A stretch of 64,000 nucleotides of DNA from an uncultured Marinoscillum sp. GTDB taxonomy: Bacteria > Bacteroidota > Bacteroidia > Cytophagales > MED-G16. Location of the stretch: the NCBI GenBank assembly GCA_964527965.1, contig CAZGPH010000003.1, positions 77,309 through 141,308 on the forward strand, given 5' to 3'. The translations under genes and the position numbers were made by a program. This document shows positions 19,866 to 28,937 of this stretch, piece after piece. A model generated the notes under the pieces. The model ran no database searches. It worked only from the letters and a program-made list of their open reading frames with translations, and was not told the origin of the DNA. Each line of letters starts with the position of its first letter. Positions within the stretch are counted from its first letter, which is position 1.

Positions 19866-20474
19866 ATGGATATAAAATTAAATATTGTTGAAAAGGCTAA
19901 TACACTGTTCAGAACCTATGGATTTAGAGGTGTTACAGTAGATGATATATGTAAGGAATGCGGTATCTCAAAAAAAACAATTTATAATTATTATTCCGAC
20001 AAACAATCTTTAGCTAATGAAACAATAATATATCATTACAATAATCTACATAAAGAAATTAAGGCAATAATTGACTTATCAGACAATTCCATTGAAACTT
20101 TTTTTAAGATATCTTCTCATTTTAGAGAAACCCTAAATGACACAACTCCGTTATTTGTTCATGACTTAAAAAAATTTCATCCAGAACTATACAATAATCA
20201 TCAAGATTACAAAGAGAATTTATTTGAAAAATCTATTCAGAAAGTCTTGATTAAAGGTAAAGATGAAGGTTTTATTAGAGATGATATAAATGATAAAATT
20301 GTATCCAAATTGAGAATAGAAATGATTGAAATTGGTTTTAACCAAGATGTTTTTCCTTTAAAAAAATATGATTATAGAGATATTCAGCTTATTTCATTTG
20401 ATCTTTTTCTAAGAGGCATAGTAACAACAGATGGGCTTAATATTTATGAAAAAATTTTAAAAAAAATTAATTGA
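19866..20474 (+). CDS. TetR/AcrR-family transcriptional regulator
   Basis: N-terminal HTH (FRTYGFRGVTVDDICKECGISKKTIYNYYSDK). It overlaps the next gene by 4 nt (ATGA). Confidence 0.85.
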   Translation: MDIKLNIVEKANTLFRTYGFRGVTVDDICKECGISKKTIYNYYSDKQSLANETIIYHYNNLHKEIKAIIDLSDNSIETFFKISSHFRETLNDTTPLFVHDLKKFHPELYNNHQDYKENLFEKSIQKVLIKGKDEGFIRDDINDKIVSKLRIEMIEIGFNQDVFPLKKYDYRDIQLISFDLFLRGIVTTDGLNIYEKILKKIN

Positions 20475-21814
20475 TGAAAAATATATTATTAGCAATCTTT
20501 TTAGTTTTTAACATTAATTATTTAGTGTCTCAACCTCTAAAGTTAACTTTAGAAGAATCTATAAATTTAGCAATTGAAAATAATGAAAATTTAAAAAACT
20601 CATACCTTGAAGAAAAAATTTCTAAAGCTATAACTAAAGAATACTTATCTATAGGTCTTCCTCAAATTAATTTTGATGGTGGAGTTAAGTATAACCATGA
20701 GGTTCAGAAGAGTTTAATTGATATTAGTCGATTTATGCCAGGTGTACCTGAGGGTACTGAACAGGAAGTCCAATTTGGGCAAACTTATGATGGGAGGATG
20801 GATCTTTTTTTAAATCAAATGATTTTCAACGGTTCTTATTTTGTAGGACTTTCAGCAGCTAAAGAGTTAGTAAATCTTTCTGAGAAACTTACTGAAAGAG
20901 ACATAATTGATATAAATGAATCAGTACAAAAAGCTTATTATACTGTTCTAAATACAAAAAAAAGAATTGAATTAGTTGATATTAATATCTTAAGACTAAG
21001 TACTCTTCTAAATCAGACTCAAAAACTTTTTGAAAATGGTTTTGTTGAAAAATTAGATGTTGATAGAATTAGAGTTTCTTACAATAATTTAAAGAGCGAA
21101 AAAATAAAGGCGGATAGACTATATCAACTAAGTAAAGAAGTTTTTAATTTTCAAATAGGTGTACCTATAGGTTCAGAAATTGAATTAGTAGGAGAACTGA
21201 CAGAAGATCTTGTAAATAATTTTAATTATAGTCTTGAAGATTTTGATTATTCTAAAAGGATAGAGTACTCAATATTGCAAACTGATAAGAATTTAAAATT
21301 TTATGATTTAAAAAATAATAGAAGTCAATACCTTCCTCAAGTGTATGCTAACTATAACTACGGTTATAATACTTCTTCTTCAGACTATAATTTATTTTTT
21401 GATTCTAACAGATGGAAAAGTTTTGGAACTTTAGGTTTCAAGATTATAGTTCCAATATTTGATGGGTTTTTAAAAAGAAGTAAAATAAATCAATCAAAAT
21501 ATAAAATTGAACAAGTTGAAAATCAAATGTTATTTTTAGAAAGGTCTATAAATCTTCAAGTAAACCAATCAATTCTAAGTTATGAGAACACTAAAGAAAC
21601 TATATTAGTTTCTAAACAAAATTTAGATTTAGCTGAAGATGTTTATATAGCAACTGAAATAAAATTTAAAGAAGGGGTAGGTTCAAACTTAGAGTTAATA
21701 GACTCAAATAATTCGTTAAAAATAGCTCAGAACCAATATTATAATTCATTATACGAATCAATAATTGCTTCAATAGAAATTAAAAAAACATTAGGAACTC
21801 TTTTAAATAAATAA
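20471..21814 (+). CDS. TolC-family outer-membrane efflux protein
   Basis: Signal peptide followed by LTLEESINLAIENN, a two-repeat coiled-coil architecture, and operon context with MFP and RND genes. Confidence 0.85.
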   Translation: MMKNILLAIFLVFNINYLVSQPLKLTLEESINLAIENNENLKNSYLEEKISKAITKEYLSIGLPQINFDGGVKYNHEVQKSLIDISRFMPGVPEGTEQEVQFGQTYDGRMDLFLNQMIFNGSYFVGLSAAKELVNLSEKLTERDIIDINESVQKAYYTVLNTKKRIELVDINILRLSTLLNQTQKLFENGFVEKLDVDRIRVSYNNLKSEKIKADRLYQLSKEVFNFQIGVPIGSEIELVGELTEDLVNNFNYSLEDFDYSKRIEYSILQTDKNLKFYDLKNNRSQYLPQVYANYNYGYNTSSSDYNLFFDSNRWKSFGTLGFKIIVPIFDGFLKRSKINQSKYKIEQVENQMLFLERSINLQVNQSILSYENTKETILVSKQNLDLAEDVYIATEIKFKEGVGSNLELIDSNNSLKIAQNQYYNSLYESIIASIEIKKTLGTLLNK

Positions 21815-21816
21815 AT

Positions 21817-22935
21817 ATGAAAAGAATATTATCTGTATTGACTATCCTTTTATTTTCCTGTGATTCAGGAGATTTAGATAGTAAGAAGAAAAAATTAGAT
21901 AACCTAAAAAATTCTTTAGTAGAGACCTATTCTGAAATAGATAAACTAGAGAAAGAAATTAGCCAATTAGATTCTTCTTATAATTCAAAGAATTATGAGT
22001 TAGTTTCCACCTCCGCATTGAATATAGGATCATTTATTTCTAAAATTGAATTAAGAGGTAACATTCAATCAAAAAAAAATATTTTGATAGTATCTGATGT
22101 TGTAGGAAAATTTAAAAATATTTTTGTTGATGAAGGTCAGTATGTAGAAAAAGGAACCGTTTTGGCAAGTATTGATTCTGAAATAATTCAGAATAATTTG
22201 AGAGAAATCAAATCAAATCTTGATCTTTTAAAAACAATTTATGAAAGACAAGCTAATTTATGGGAAAATGAAATAGGCTCAGAATTAGATTTTTTAAGAG
22301 CAAAATCTAATTATGAATCAATAAAAAATAGATATGGTGCACTTAAAATTCAATTATCTAAATTTAATATTCTTGCACCTTTTTCAGGAGTGGTTGATAA
22401 TATTAATGCAAAAGTTGGTGAGATGTCTTCTCCAGGAATCCCATCCTTTAGAATGTATAATGATAGTGATTCATACATTAGTGTAGATGTTTCTGAAAAC
22501 TTTATTAATTCATTTAAAGCTGGAGATTCTGTTCAGGTAATTAATTCCGGTGGAGAAATTTATAAATCTAAAGTTATATCTGTCTCACAAGTTATTAACT
22601 CAATGAATAGAACTTTTAATATTGGAGTTGAAATACCTATAGAATTGGAAGAAAATGTTAAGCCTAACCAAATCTTAAATGTTCTTCTTATTGACTATAC
22701 TAATAATGATGCTATATCAGTACCATCTAAAATAATATTTAATGATGATAGAGGAAGCTATGTTTTTGTTGTAGTAGATTTTGATGGAGAAAAGATAGCA
22801 AGAAAGACTCCAGTTCTTGTTGGGAGATCCTATGAATATCAAACTGAAATTCTCAGCGGTCTAATTGGGGATGAAATTATTATAGATAAAGGTGCTTTAG
22901 AGGTAATGGATGGGACATATATTAAGACAAAATAG
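21817..22935 (+). CDS. Efflux RND periplasmic adaptor (MFP/HlyD family) lipoprotein
   Basis: Lipobox LLFSC, a coiled-coil hairpin, the APFSGVV lipoyl-like motif and operon context. Confidence 0.85.
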   Translation: MKRILSVLTILLFSCDSGDLDSKKKKLDNLKNSLVETYSEIDKLEKEISQLDSSYNSKNYELVSTSALNIGSFISKIELRGNIQSKKNILIVSDVVGKFKNIFVDEGQYVEKGTVLASIDSEIIQNNLREIKSNLDLLKTIYERQANLWENEIGSELDFLRAKSNYESIKNRYGALKIQLSKFNILAPFSGVVDNINAKVGEMSSPGIPSFRMYNDSDSYISVDVSENFINSFKAGDSVQVINSGGEIYKSKVISVSQVINSMNRTFNIGVEIPIELEENVKPNQILNVLLIDYTNNDAISVPSKIIFNDDRGSYVFVVVDFDGEKIARKTPVLVGRSYEYQTEILSGLIGDEIIIDKGALEVMDGTYIKTK

Positions 22936-22941
22936 ATTATA

Positions 22942-25900
22942 ATGAAGAAATCAAGAGAAGATAAAGTTATAAATCAGTTTGGTCTTTCTAACTTTTCGTT
23001 AAGAAATAGAATAACAGTTGTACTAATTCTTTTCATGCTAGTTGTATTAGGAGTTGGCGCCTATAATAATTTACCTAAAGAAAGCTATCCTGAAGTAGAA
23101 CAATCTACAGTTTTAGTAGGAACTCCATATCCAGGAAATTCTCCTACAGATATTGAAAATCTAATTACTAGACCTATTGAAAAAGAAATAAATACAATTT
23201 CTGAAGTTAAAGAAATTAGGTCTACTTCTATTCAGGGTTATTCAACTATAGTTGCTGAATTTGATTCTGGGACAGATATTGAATATGCAAAATCTAAAGT
23301 TAAAGATGCAGTTGAAAAGGCTCAAGTTAATTTGCCACAAGATTTACCAAGGGAGTCTGATATTTATGAAATAAGTTTTTCAGATTTTCCTGTAATGAGC
23401 GTTACACTTTCAGGTTCTTATTCCATTGAAACTCTTGAAACTTATGGTGAGATTTTAAAAGATGAGTTAGAAATAATTAATGATATTTCTAAAGTTGAGA
23501 TTGGTGGGGTAGAAGAAAAAGAAGTAGCAATAAAAGTTAATCCATTTGAATTAGAGGCCAGAAGCTTATCTTTTACTGATATAGAGAACGCTATTAAATA
23601 TGAAAATATTTCTGTTTCAGGAGGTAATCTGCTCGAGAAAGATATGAGAAGGTCTGTTCGGCTTATAGGTGAATTTAAGTCAATAGATGATATTAAAAAT
23701 ATTATAATATCTAATAAAAATAACAAAATTGTTTTTCTTAAAGACGTAGCAAATGTTGATTTTGGATACAAAGAAATAGAAAGCTATACAAGACTATCTG
23801 GTAAACCTGTTATTTCTGTAGATATATCGAAGAGGTCTGGAACCAATTTACTTTTATTGAATGACAAGGTTAATCTTGCAATTGATAATATAAAAAATCA
23901 GATACCAAATGATATAAATATAATTATTGTAAATAATCAATCTCAAAATACTAAAGAACAAGTTAGTACACTTGAGAATAGTATATTTAGTGGAGTAATT
24001 TTAGTTGTTTTAGTATTAATGTTTTTTTTAGGTGTTAGGAATGCACTTTTTGTTGGATTATCTATTCCTCTTTCAATGTGTATATCATTTATAATTTTAC
24101 AATTATTTGGGATTACAGTAAATATGATGATATTATTTTCTCTTGTAATCTCATTAGGTCTTTTAGTTGACAATGGAATTGTTGTAACAGAAAATATTTA
24201 TAGATTTTTAGAAAAAGGTTATTCAAGGATAGAGGCAACAAAATTAGGAATTGGAGAAATAGCATATCCTATTATTACTTCAACAGCAACTACATTAGCT
24301 GTTTTTGTTCCTTTAGCTTTCTGGCCTGGTCTGACTGGAAAATTCATGAGTTTTCTTCCAATTGGAATTATTGTGACCCTTTTATCATCATTATTTGTTG
24401 CATTAGTAATAAACCCTGTTATGATTTCATATCTGATGAGAATTGAAGATAACAGAGGAAAGGATTTTCGTAAGTATATTCAAAATTCGATAGTATTAGT
24501 AGTATTAGGTATTCTGTTTATAGTATTTAAATTATTTTGGGTAGGAAATGTTTTAATTTTTATTTCACTTTTTATATTATCTAATTATTTTATTTTTGTT
24601 CCTCTATCAAAGACATTCAGAGAAAAATATTTAAAGGCTTTAGAAAATAAATATAGTAAGTTTCTTAATTTTTTACTTTTAGGAAGAAAGCCTTATTATG
24701 TAATTATTTTCTCTGTTTTTCTACTTTTTGGTACATTTCAATTATTACAATTATATCCTCCAAAAGTCTTATTTTTTCCTGAAAATAGACCTAACTATAT
24801 AAACGTGTTTATAGAACTTCCTGTTGGAACTGATGTAGATGAAACTAATAGATTCACTAAGGTAATAGAAGAAGAAGTAAATAAATCAGTATCAAGTTAT
24901 AAAAGCATAATTGAAAGTATTGTTACTTATGTAGGAAAGAGAACTTTAAATGTTAATGATCCTGCTGTATTATCAATGAGAGATACACCCAATCGAGCAA
25001 GAATTAACATTAACTTCTATGAGTTTGAAAAAAGAAATGGTATTAATACTACTGATATTCTTGAAAAATTAAGAGATGATATTGACCAATATCCTGGTGT
25101 AAGTATAACTTTTGGTAAGGATAGAAAAGGGCCACCGGTTGGAGGAGAAATAAGTATAGAAATATCTGGGCCTGAATTCGAAGAATTAATATCCCAAGTA
25201 GAAAATATAAGAAGGTATATAAATGAATCAAATATACCTGGAATTGAAAAATTAGGTCTTGATCTTTCAACAAGAAAACCAGAACTATTAATTGATTTTG
25301 ATAGAGATAGACTTAGAAGATATGGATTATCCACAGGAATGTTAGCTAATGAACTTAGAACTTCTCTATTTGGTAAAGAAATTTCTAAATATAAAATAGG
25401 AGAAGATGATTATAAGATACAGTTAAGGTTAGATGATGAATACAGATATGATGTGAATGCCTTACTCAATAAAAATATCACATTTAGAAATCAGTCTAAT
25501 GGAAGAACCTACCAAGTACCAATAAGTTCATTTGCTTCTATGAAAATGTCTAATACATTTAGTTCAGTTAAAAGAAAGGATTTAGATAAAGTAATAACAA
25601 TTTCCTCAAATGTAATCTCAGGTTATAATCCTACAGAGGTAAATTCTAAAATTGATATGGTTCTCAGAAATTATCCGTTACCTAGTGGATATTCTTATAA
25701 GTTTGGTGGTGAACAGCAAGAGCAGGAAGAAGAAATGGCATTCCTTTCTAATGCATTTATGATTGCACTCTTTTTAGTTTTTATAATTATAGTTGCTCAG
25801 TTTAATAAAATTATAACACCTCTTATTATTATGTCTTCAATAATCCTTAGTACCATCGGGGTCTTTCTAGGTCTTCTAATTTTTAATATGGACTTTGTGG

Positions 25901-26331
25901 TTGTTATGACAATGATCGGTGTTATTTCACTTATAGGTATTGTTGTCAATAATGCAATAGTACTTATAGATTTTATTGAGTTAAACAGAAAAAGAAAAAT
26001 GATTGGAAAAAAAGTTCAATTATCTATAGAGGAAGTTATGGAATGTATAACTGAAGCAGGTAGGACTAGATTAAGACCAGTAATTTTAACTGCTCTTACA
26101 ACTATATTAGGATTGATGCCACTTGCAATTGGAATGAATTTTGATTTTGTAAGTTTCTTTAAATTCTATGAAATTAATTTTTATTTAGGTGGAGACAATA
26201 TGGTATTTTTTGGCCCTATAGCTTGGGCAATTATATTTGGTTTGTCATTTGCAACTTTCCTTACTTTGTTAGTTATACCTTCTATGTATTTAATACAAGT
26301 TAAATTAAATAGGTATCTAGGCTTATCATAA
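22942..26331 (+). CDS. Efflux RND permease (AcrB/AcrD/AcrF family) with an extra hydrophobic insertion in the central linker
   Basis: A 1129-aa protein with the typical TM1, large loop, TM2-6 layout, repeated. It carries the VDNGIVVTENI and VNNAIVLIDF motifs. Confidence 0.9.
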   Translation: MKKSREDKVINQFGLSNFSLRNRITVVLILFMLVVLGVGAYNNLPKESYPEVEQSTVLVGTPYPGNSPTDIENLITRPIEKEINTISEVKEIRSTSIQGYSTIVAEFDSGTDIEYAKSKVKDAVEKAQVNLPQDLPRESDIYEISFSDFPVMSVTLSGSYSIETLETYGEILKDELEIINDISKVEIGGVEEKEVAIKVNPFELEARSLSFTDIENAIKYENISVSGGNLLEKDMRRSVRLIGEFKSIDDIKNIIISNKNNKIVFLKDVANVDFGYKEIESYTRLSGKPVISVDISKRSGTNLLLLNDKVNLAIDNIKNQIPNDINIIIVNNQSQNTKEQVSTLENSIFSGVILVVLVLMFFLGVRNALFVGLSIPLSMCISFIILQLFGITVNMMILFSLVISLGLLVDNGIVVTENIYRFLEKGYSRIEATKLGIGEIAYPIITSTATTLAVFVPLAFWPGLTGKFMSFLPIGIIVTLLSSLFVALVINPVMISYLMRIEDNRGKDFRKYIQNSIVLVVLGILFIVFKLFWVGNVLIFISLFILSNYFIFVPLSKTFREKYLKALENKYSKFLNFLLLGRKPYYVIIFSVFLLFGTFQLLQLYPPKVLFFPENRPNYINVFIELPVGTDVDETNRFTKVIEEEVNKSVSSYKSIIESIVTYVGKRTLNVNDPAVLSMRDTPNRARININFYEFEKRNGINTTDILEKLRDDIDQYPGVSITFGKDRKGPPVGGEISIEISGPEFEELISQVENIRRYINESNIPGIEKLGLDLSTRKPELLIDFDRDRLRRYGLSTGMLANELRTSLFGKEISKYKIGEDDYKIQLRLDDEYRYDVNALLNKNITFRNQSNGRTYQVPISSFASMKMSNTFSSVKRKDLDKVITISSNVISGYNPTEVNSKIDMVLRNYPLPSGYSYKFGGEQQEQEEEMAFLSNAFMIALFLVFIIIVAQFNKIITPLIIMSSIILSTIGVFLGLLIFNMDFVVVMTMIGVISLIGIVVNNAIVLIDFIELNRKRKMIGKKVQLSIEEVMECITEAGRTRLRPVILTALTTILGLMPLAIGMNFDFVSFFKFYEINFYLGGDNMVFFGPIAWAIIFGLSFATFLTLLVIPSMYLIQVKLNRYLGLS

Positions 26332-27551
26332 TGGAAAGAGCTATTTTTTTGTTTTTCTTTACTATTATATCAGTCCTTCTTGACTTATATTTTTATCAAA
26401 TAATAAAGAAATATAGGTCAATAAATTGGACAAAACCTCTTTTTTATTTCTACTGGTCATTTACATTAATTACTATAACCAATTTCTTTATTTATGCTTT
26501 CAGTTTTGATATAGGCTTTTATCTAAAGGCAATAATATTTAATATGATAATTGGTAACTTCATCTCAAAATTAGTTGCTCTTCCTTTTCTAATTATAGAT
26601 GATTTAAGAAGGATGATAATCTATTTTTTCAGAAAAAGAACAGAAAGCTCTAATAACAAAATTTCAAGATCAAAATTCTTAAGTATATCTGCATCTCTAG
26701 CTTATGGATTACCTATAACCTCTCTTACTTATGGTATTTTATCAAATAATGTATATGATTATAGAGTAAAGAGAAGACAAGTTTCATTTAAAAATCTTCC
26801 TAGTGCATTTAATGGTATTAAAATATGTCATATCTCAGATATTCATGTTGGTAGCTTAAAGAATAGGGTGGCTGTTAGAGGTGGCTTGGATATGATCTTA
26901 AATGAAAAACCAGATGCTATTTTTTTTACTGGAGATTTAGTTAACGATAAGGCAGAAGAATTAAAAGGGTGGGGTGATGATCTCTCAAAACTAAAGGCTC
27001 CCTTAGGTGTTCATAGTGTCCTTGGAAATCATGACTATGGAGAATATACATCATGGAAAAATGAAAGTGAAAAAATTAAAAATTTTAATGATTTAATTAA
27101 AGGTCAAAAAGAATTTGGTTGGAATTTACTTAGGAATCAAAATGATTTTATAGAAGTTGATGGTCAAAAGTTAAATATTATAGGTGTTGAAAATTGGGCC
27201 TCATCAAGATTTCAACAATACGGTGATTTAAAAACAGCTTATGAAGGATTAGACGAGGAAGGATTTAAACTCTTGATGACTCACAATCCCTCTCATTGGA
27301 ATGCTCAGGTCACAAATAATTTTAGGGATATCGATCTCACACTTTCTGGACATACACACGGACTTCAGTATGGTATTGATATAGGAAAATTTAGAATTAG
27401 TCCTGTTAGATTAGCTTATAAACAATGGGCTGATTTATATTCAAATGATCAACAATTTATCTATGTGAATAGGGGCTTTGGTTTTATGGGTTATCCAGGA
27501 AGAGTTGGTATTTTACCTGAAATAACAATTTTAGAATTAAATAGAGCTTAA
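26331..27551 (+). CDS. Membrane-anchored metallophosphoesterase (YkuE/YaeI-like)
   Basis: About 4 N-terminal TM segments. Calcineurin-like motifs: ISDIHVG, TGDLVND, GNHDY, GHTHG. The start codon shares one base with the RND stop (TAATG). Confidence 0.8.
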   Translation: MERAIFLFFFTIISVLLDLYFYQIIKKYRSINWTKPLFYFYWSFTLITITNFFIYAFSFDIGFYLKAIIFNMIIGNFISKLVALPFLIIDDLRRMIIYFFRKRTESSNNKISRSKFLSISASLAYGLPITSLTYGILSNNVYDYRVKRRQVSFKNLPSAFNGIKICHISDIHVGSLKNRVAVRGGLDMILNEKPDAIFFTGDLVNDKAEELKGWGDDLSKLKAPLGVHSVLGNHDYGEYTSWKNESEKIKNFNDLIKGQKEFGWNLLRNQNDFIEVDGQKLNIIGVENWASSRFQQYGDLKTAYEGLDEEGFKLLMTHNPSHWNAQVTNNFRDIDLTLSGHTHGLQYGIDIGKFRISPVRLAYKQWADLYSNDQQFIYVNRGFGFMGYPGRVGILPEITILELNRA

Positions 27552-27730
27552 GATTTCCAAGTTGAAGATATTACTTCAACATTAACATCACTATCAGGAG
27601 TAATTTTTAATGACTTGTAGTTTGTATTATTTATAAGGTTGTATTCTCTATGGCTATGATCACAAATAGGAAGGGTTTCACTCAGACCGCATGTACAAAA
27701 ACTATATTTCATATTTTTTGATAATTTCAT
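27548..27730 (-). CDS. CDGSH-type iron-sulfur domain protein (variant CDHSH motif)
   Basis: CTCGLSETLPICDHSH fits C-x-C-x2-S-x3-P-x-C-D-x-S-H. It is a 60-aa single-domain protein. Confidence 0.7.
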   Translation of the reverse strand: MKLSKNMKYSFCTCGLSETLPICDHSHREYNLINNTNYKSLKITPDSDVNVEVISSTWKS

Positions 27731-28239
27731 ATTTTTCTTTGTTTAATTGACCAAGTAAAGTGAAACTCTGAAACAACAGTTCCATCTTCTAAAGTTCCAG
27801 TAGATTTTGCTTCAATCTCAACACCTTCTTTTGTTTTTAATGCTTTATTTACAGCACTAAATATTTTATCTCCATCATTACATGTAAATGTAGTAGTTCC
27901 AGTTGCTTTCTTAAAGTATTGAGATCTCATTTTGGTAACAATATATGCAAATGAAGGTTTATAGCCTTCTACTGCTAAAGCAACCATAGACGCGGAAGAC
28001 AATTCTGCTCCCATACATTGAACAGCAAAATATATTGATTTAAATGGATTTTTGTTTTGCCACCTATAAAAAAATCTAAATGGTATTTTTGAAATAGCTT
28101 TCTTAGTATCTAAATGCTTTAATCTCATTCCAGAAAACCAACCCATTGGGACATTAAATAAAAAAAATAATGAGAACGAAAATGGATTTAAAAAACTATT
28201 TCTAAGACGTTCTTGATATTTTGAGAGGTTTTTTTCCAT
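27727..28239 (-). CDS. DUF4442-like / hotdog-fold (thioesterase-like) protein
   Basis: The size and the conserved stretch ...YFKKATGTTTFTCNDG... resemble DUF4442 proteins as I recall them. It overlaps the CDGSH gene by 4 nt. Confidence 0.45.
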   Translation of the reverse strand: MEKNLSKYQERLRNSFLNPFSFSLFFLFNVPMGWFSGMRLKHLDTKKAISKIPFRFFYRWQNKNPFKSIYFAVQCMGAELSSASMVALAVEGYKPSFAYIVTKMRSQYFKKATGTTTFTCNDGDKIFSAVNKALKTKEGVEIEAKSTGTLEDGTVVSEFHFTWSIKQRKI

Positions 28240-28292
28240 TGCATTTAATTTATTAAAAAATTTAATTCAATAAAGATTGCTAAATTTATATT

Positions 28293-28427
28293 ATGATAAA
28301 AGAGTATTTAGAAAGAAAATGGGTATGGGTTGATAAAAATCCTAGACTAGCTTCTTGGTTAGGTTGGATTAAAGGATTGGTAACAGGTCTATTTATATAT
28401 CACTTTCTGAGTGCCTATTTTAATTAA
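28293..28427 (+). CDS. Candidate small membrane protein (44 aa), not in the supplied ORF track
   Basis: Translated by hand from ATG to TAA: MIKEYLERKWVWVDKNPRLASWLGWIKGLVTGLFIYHFLSAYFN. It has a charged N-terminal half followed by one TM-length hydrophobic segment, and it fills an otherwise empty 198-nt gap. Confidence 0.35.
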   Translation: MIKEYLERKWVWVDKNPRLASWLGWIKGLVTGLFIYHFLSAYFN

Positions 28428-28437
28428 AAACAATACT

Positions 28438-28935
28438 ATGAAAAATTTTTACTATTTATTTGTTGCATTACTAATCTTTTCATGTTCAGATAGTGATGAA
28501 GCTGAACCAGATTCTGTAAAAAAATATTTAACATCAAATATTTTTAAAGAAAGTGGTTCTTATACGATTTTTAATAATAATACCGTTTTAAACTTAACTA
28601 ATACTGACTTTATTGATTTTAAAATTACTACAAGTCAATTTAATGTTAATTATTCTTATCATGATTTGCTTGATCCAAATAATGCAAATTGTTATGAAGA
28701 TAAATCAATGGGTGGTGGTTATACTATTTTAGTAGATAATGAAAATGCATTTACAGTTCAATTTAATTCTCCTAATAGAAAGTATGAATATTCTTATGGT
28801 TCAAGTGGAAGTATTAAGTTAAAAGTAACAGGAACATCCGGTTTAGGAGGTACATGGACATCAGATTCAGTACTTGAATTATCTAATCAAGAAGAGTTTG
28901 ATACTTTTAAGCTTAGAGCTCCTAACAAGTGTTGA
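28438..28935 (+). CDS. Hypothetical lipoprotein
   Basis: MKNFYYLFVALLIFSCSDSD gives a signal peptide plus lipobox when started at the ATG at 28438. The GTG at 28411 in the ORF track would add 9 residues ahead of the signal peptide. Confidence 0.6.
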   Translation: MKNFYYLFVALLIFSCSDSDEAEPDSVKKYLTSNIFKESGSYTIFNNNTVLNLTNTDFIDFKITTSQFNVNYSYHDLLDPNNANCYEDKSMGGGYTILVDNENAFTVQFNSPNRKYEYSYGSSGSIKLKVTGTSGLGGTWTSDSVLELSNQEEFDTFKLRAPNKC

Positions 28936-28937
28936 AA

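Noticed and set aside
28411-28437. The GTG start at 28411 given in the ORF track for the lipoprotein gene.
   Set aside because: It would put 9 residues (MPILIKNNT) in front of an otherwise canonical signal peptide and lipobox that begins at the ATG at 28438. It would also overlap the candidate small ORF that ends at 28427.
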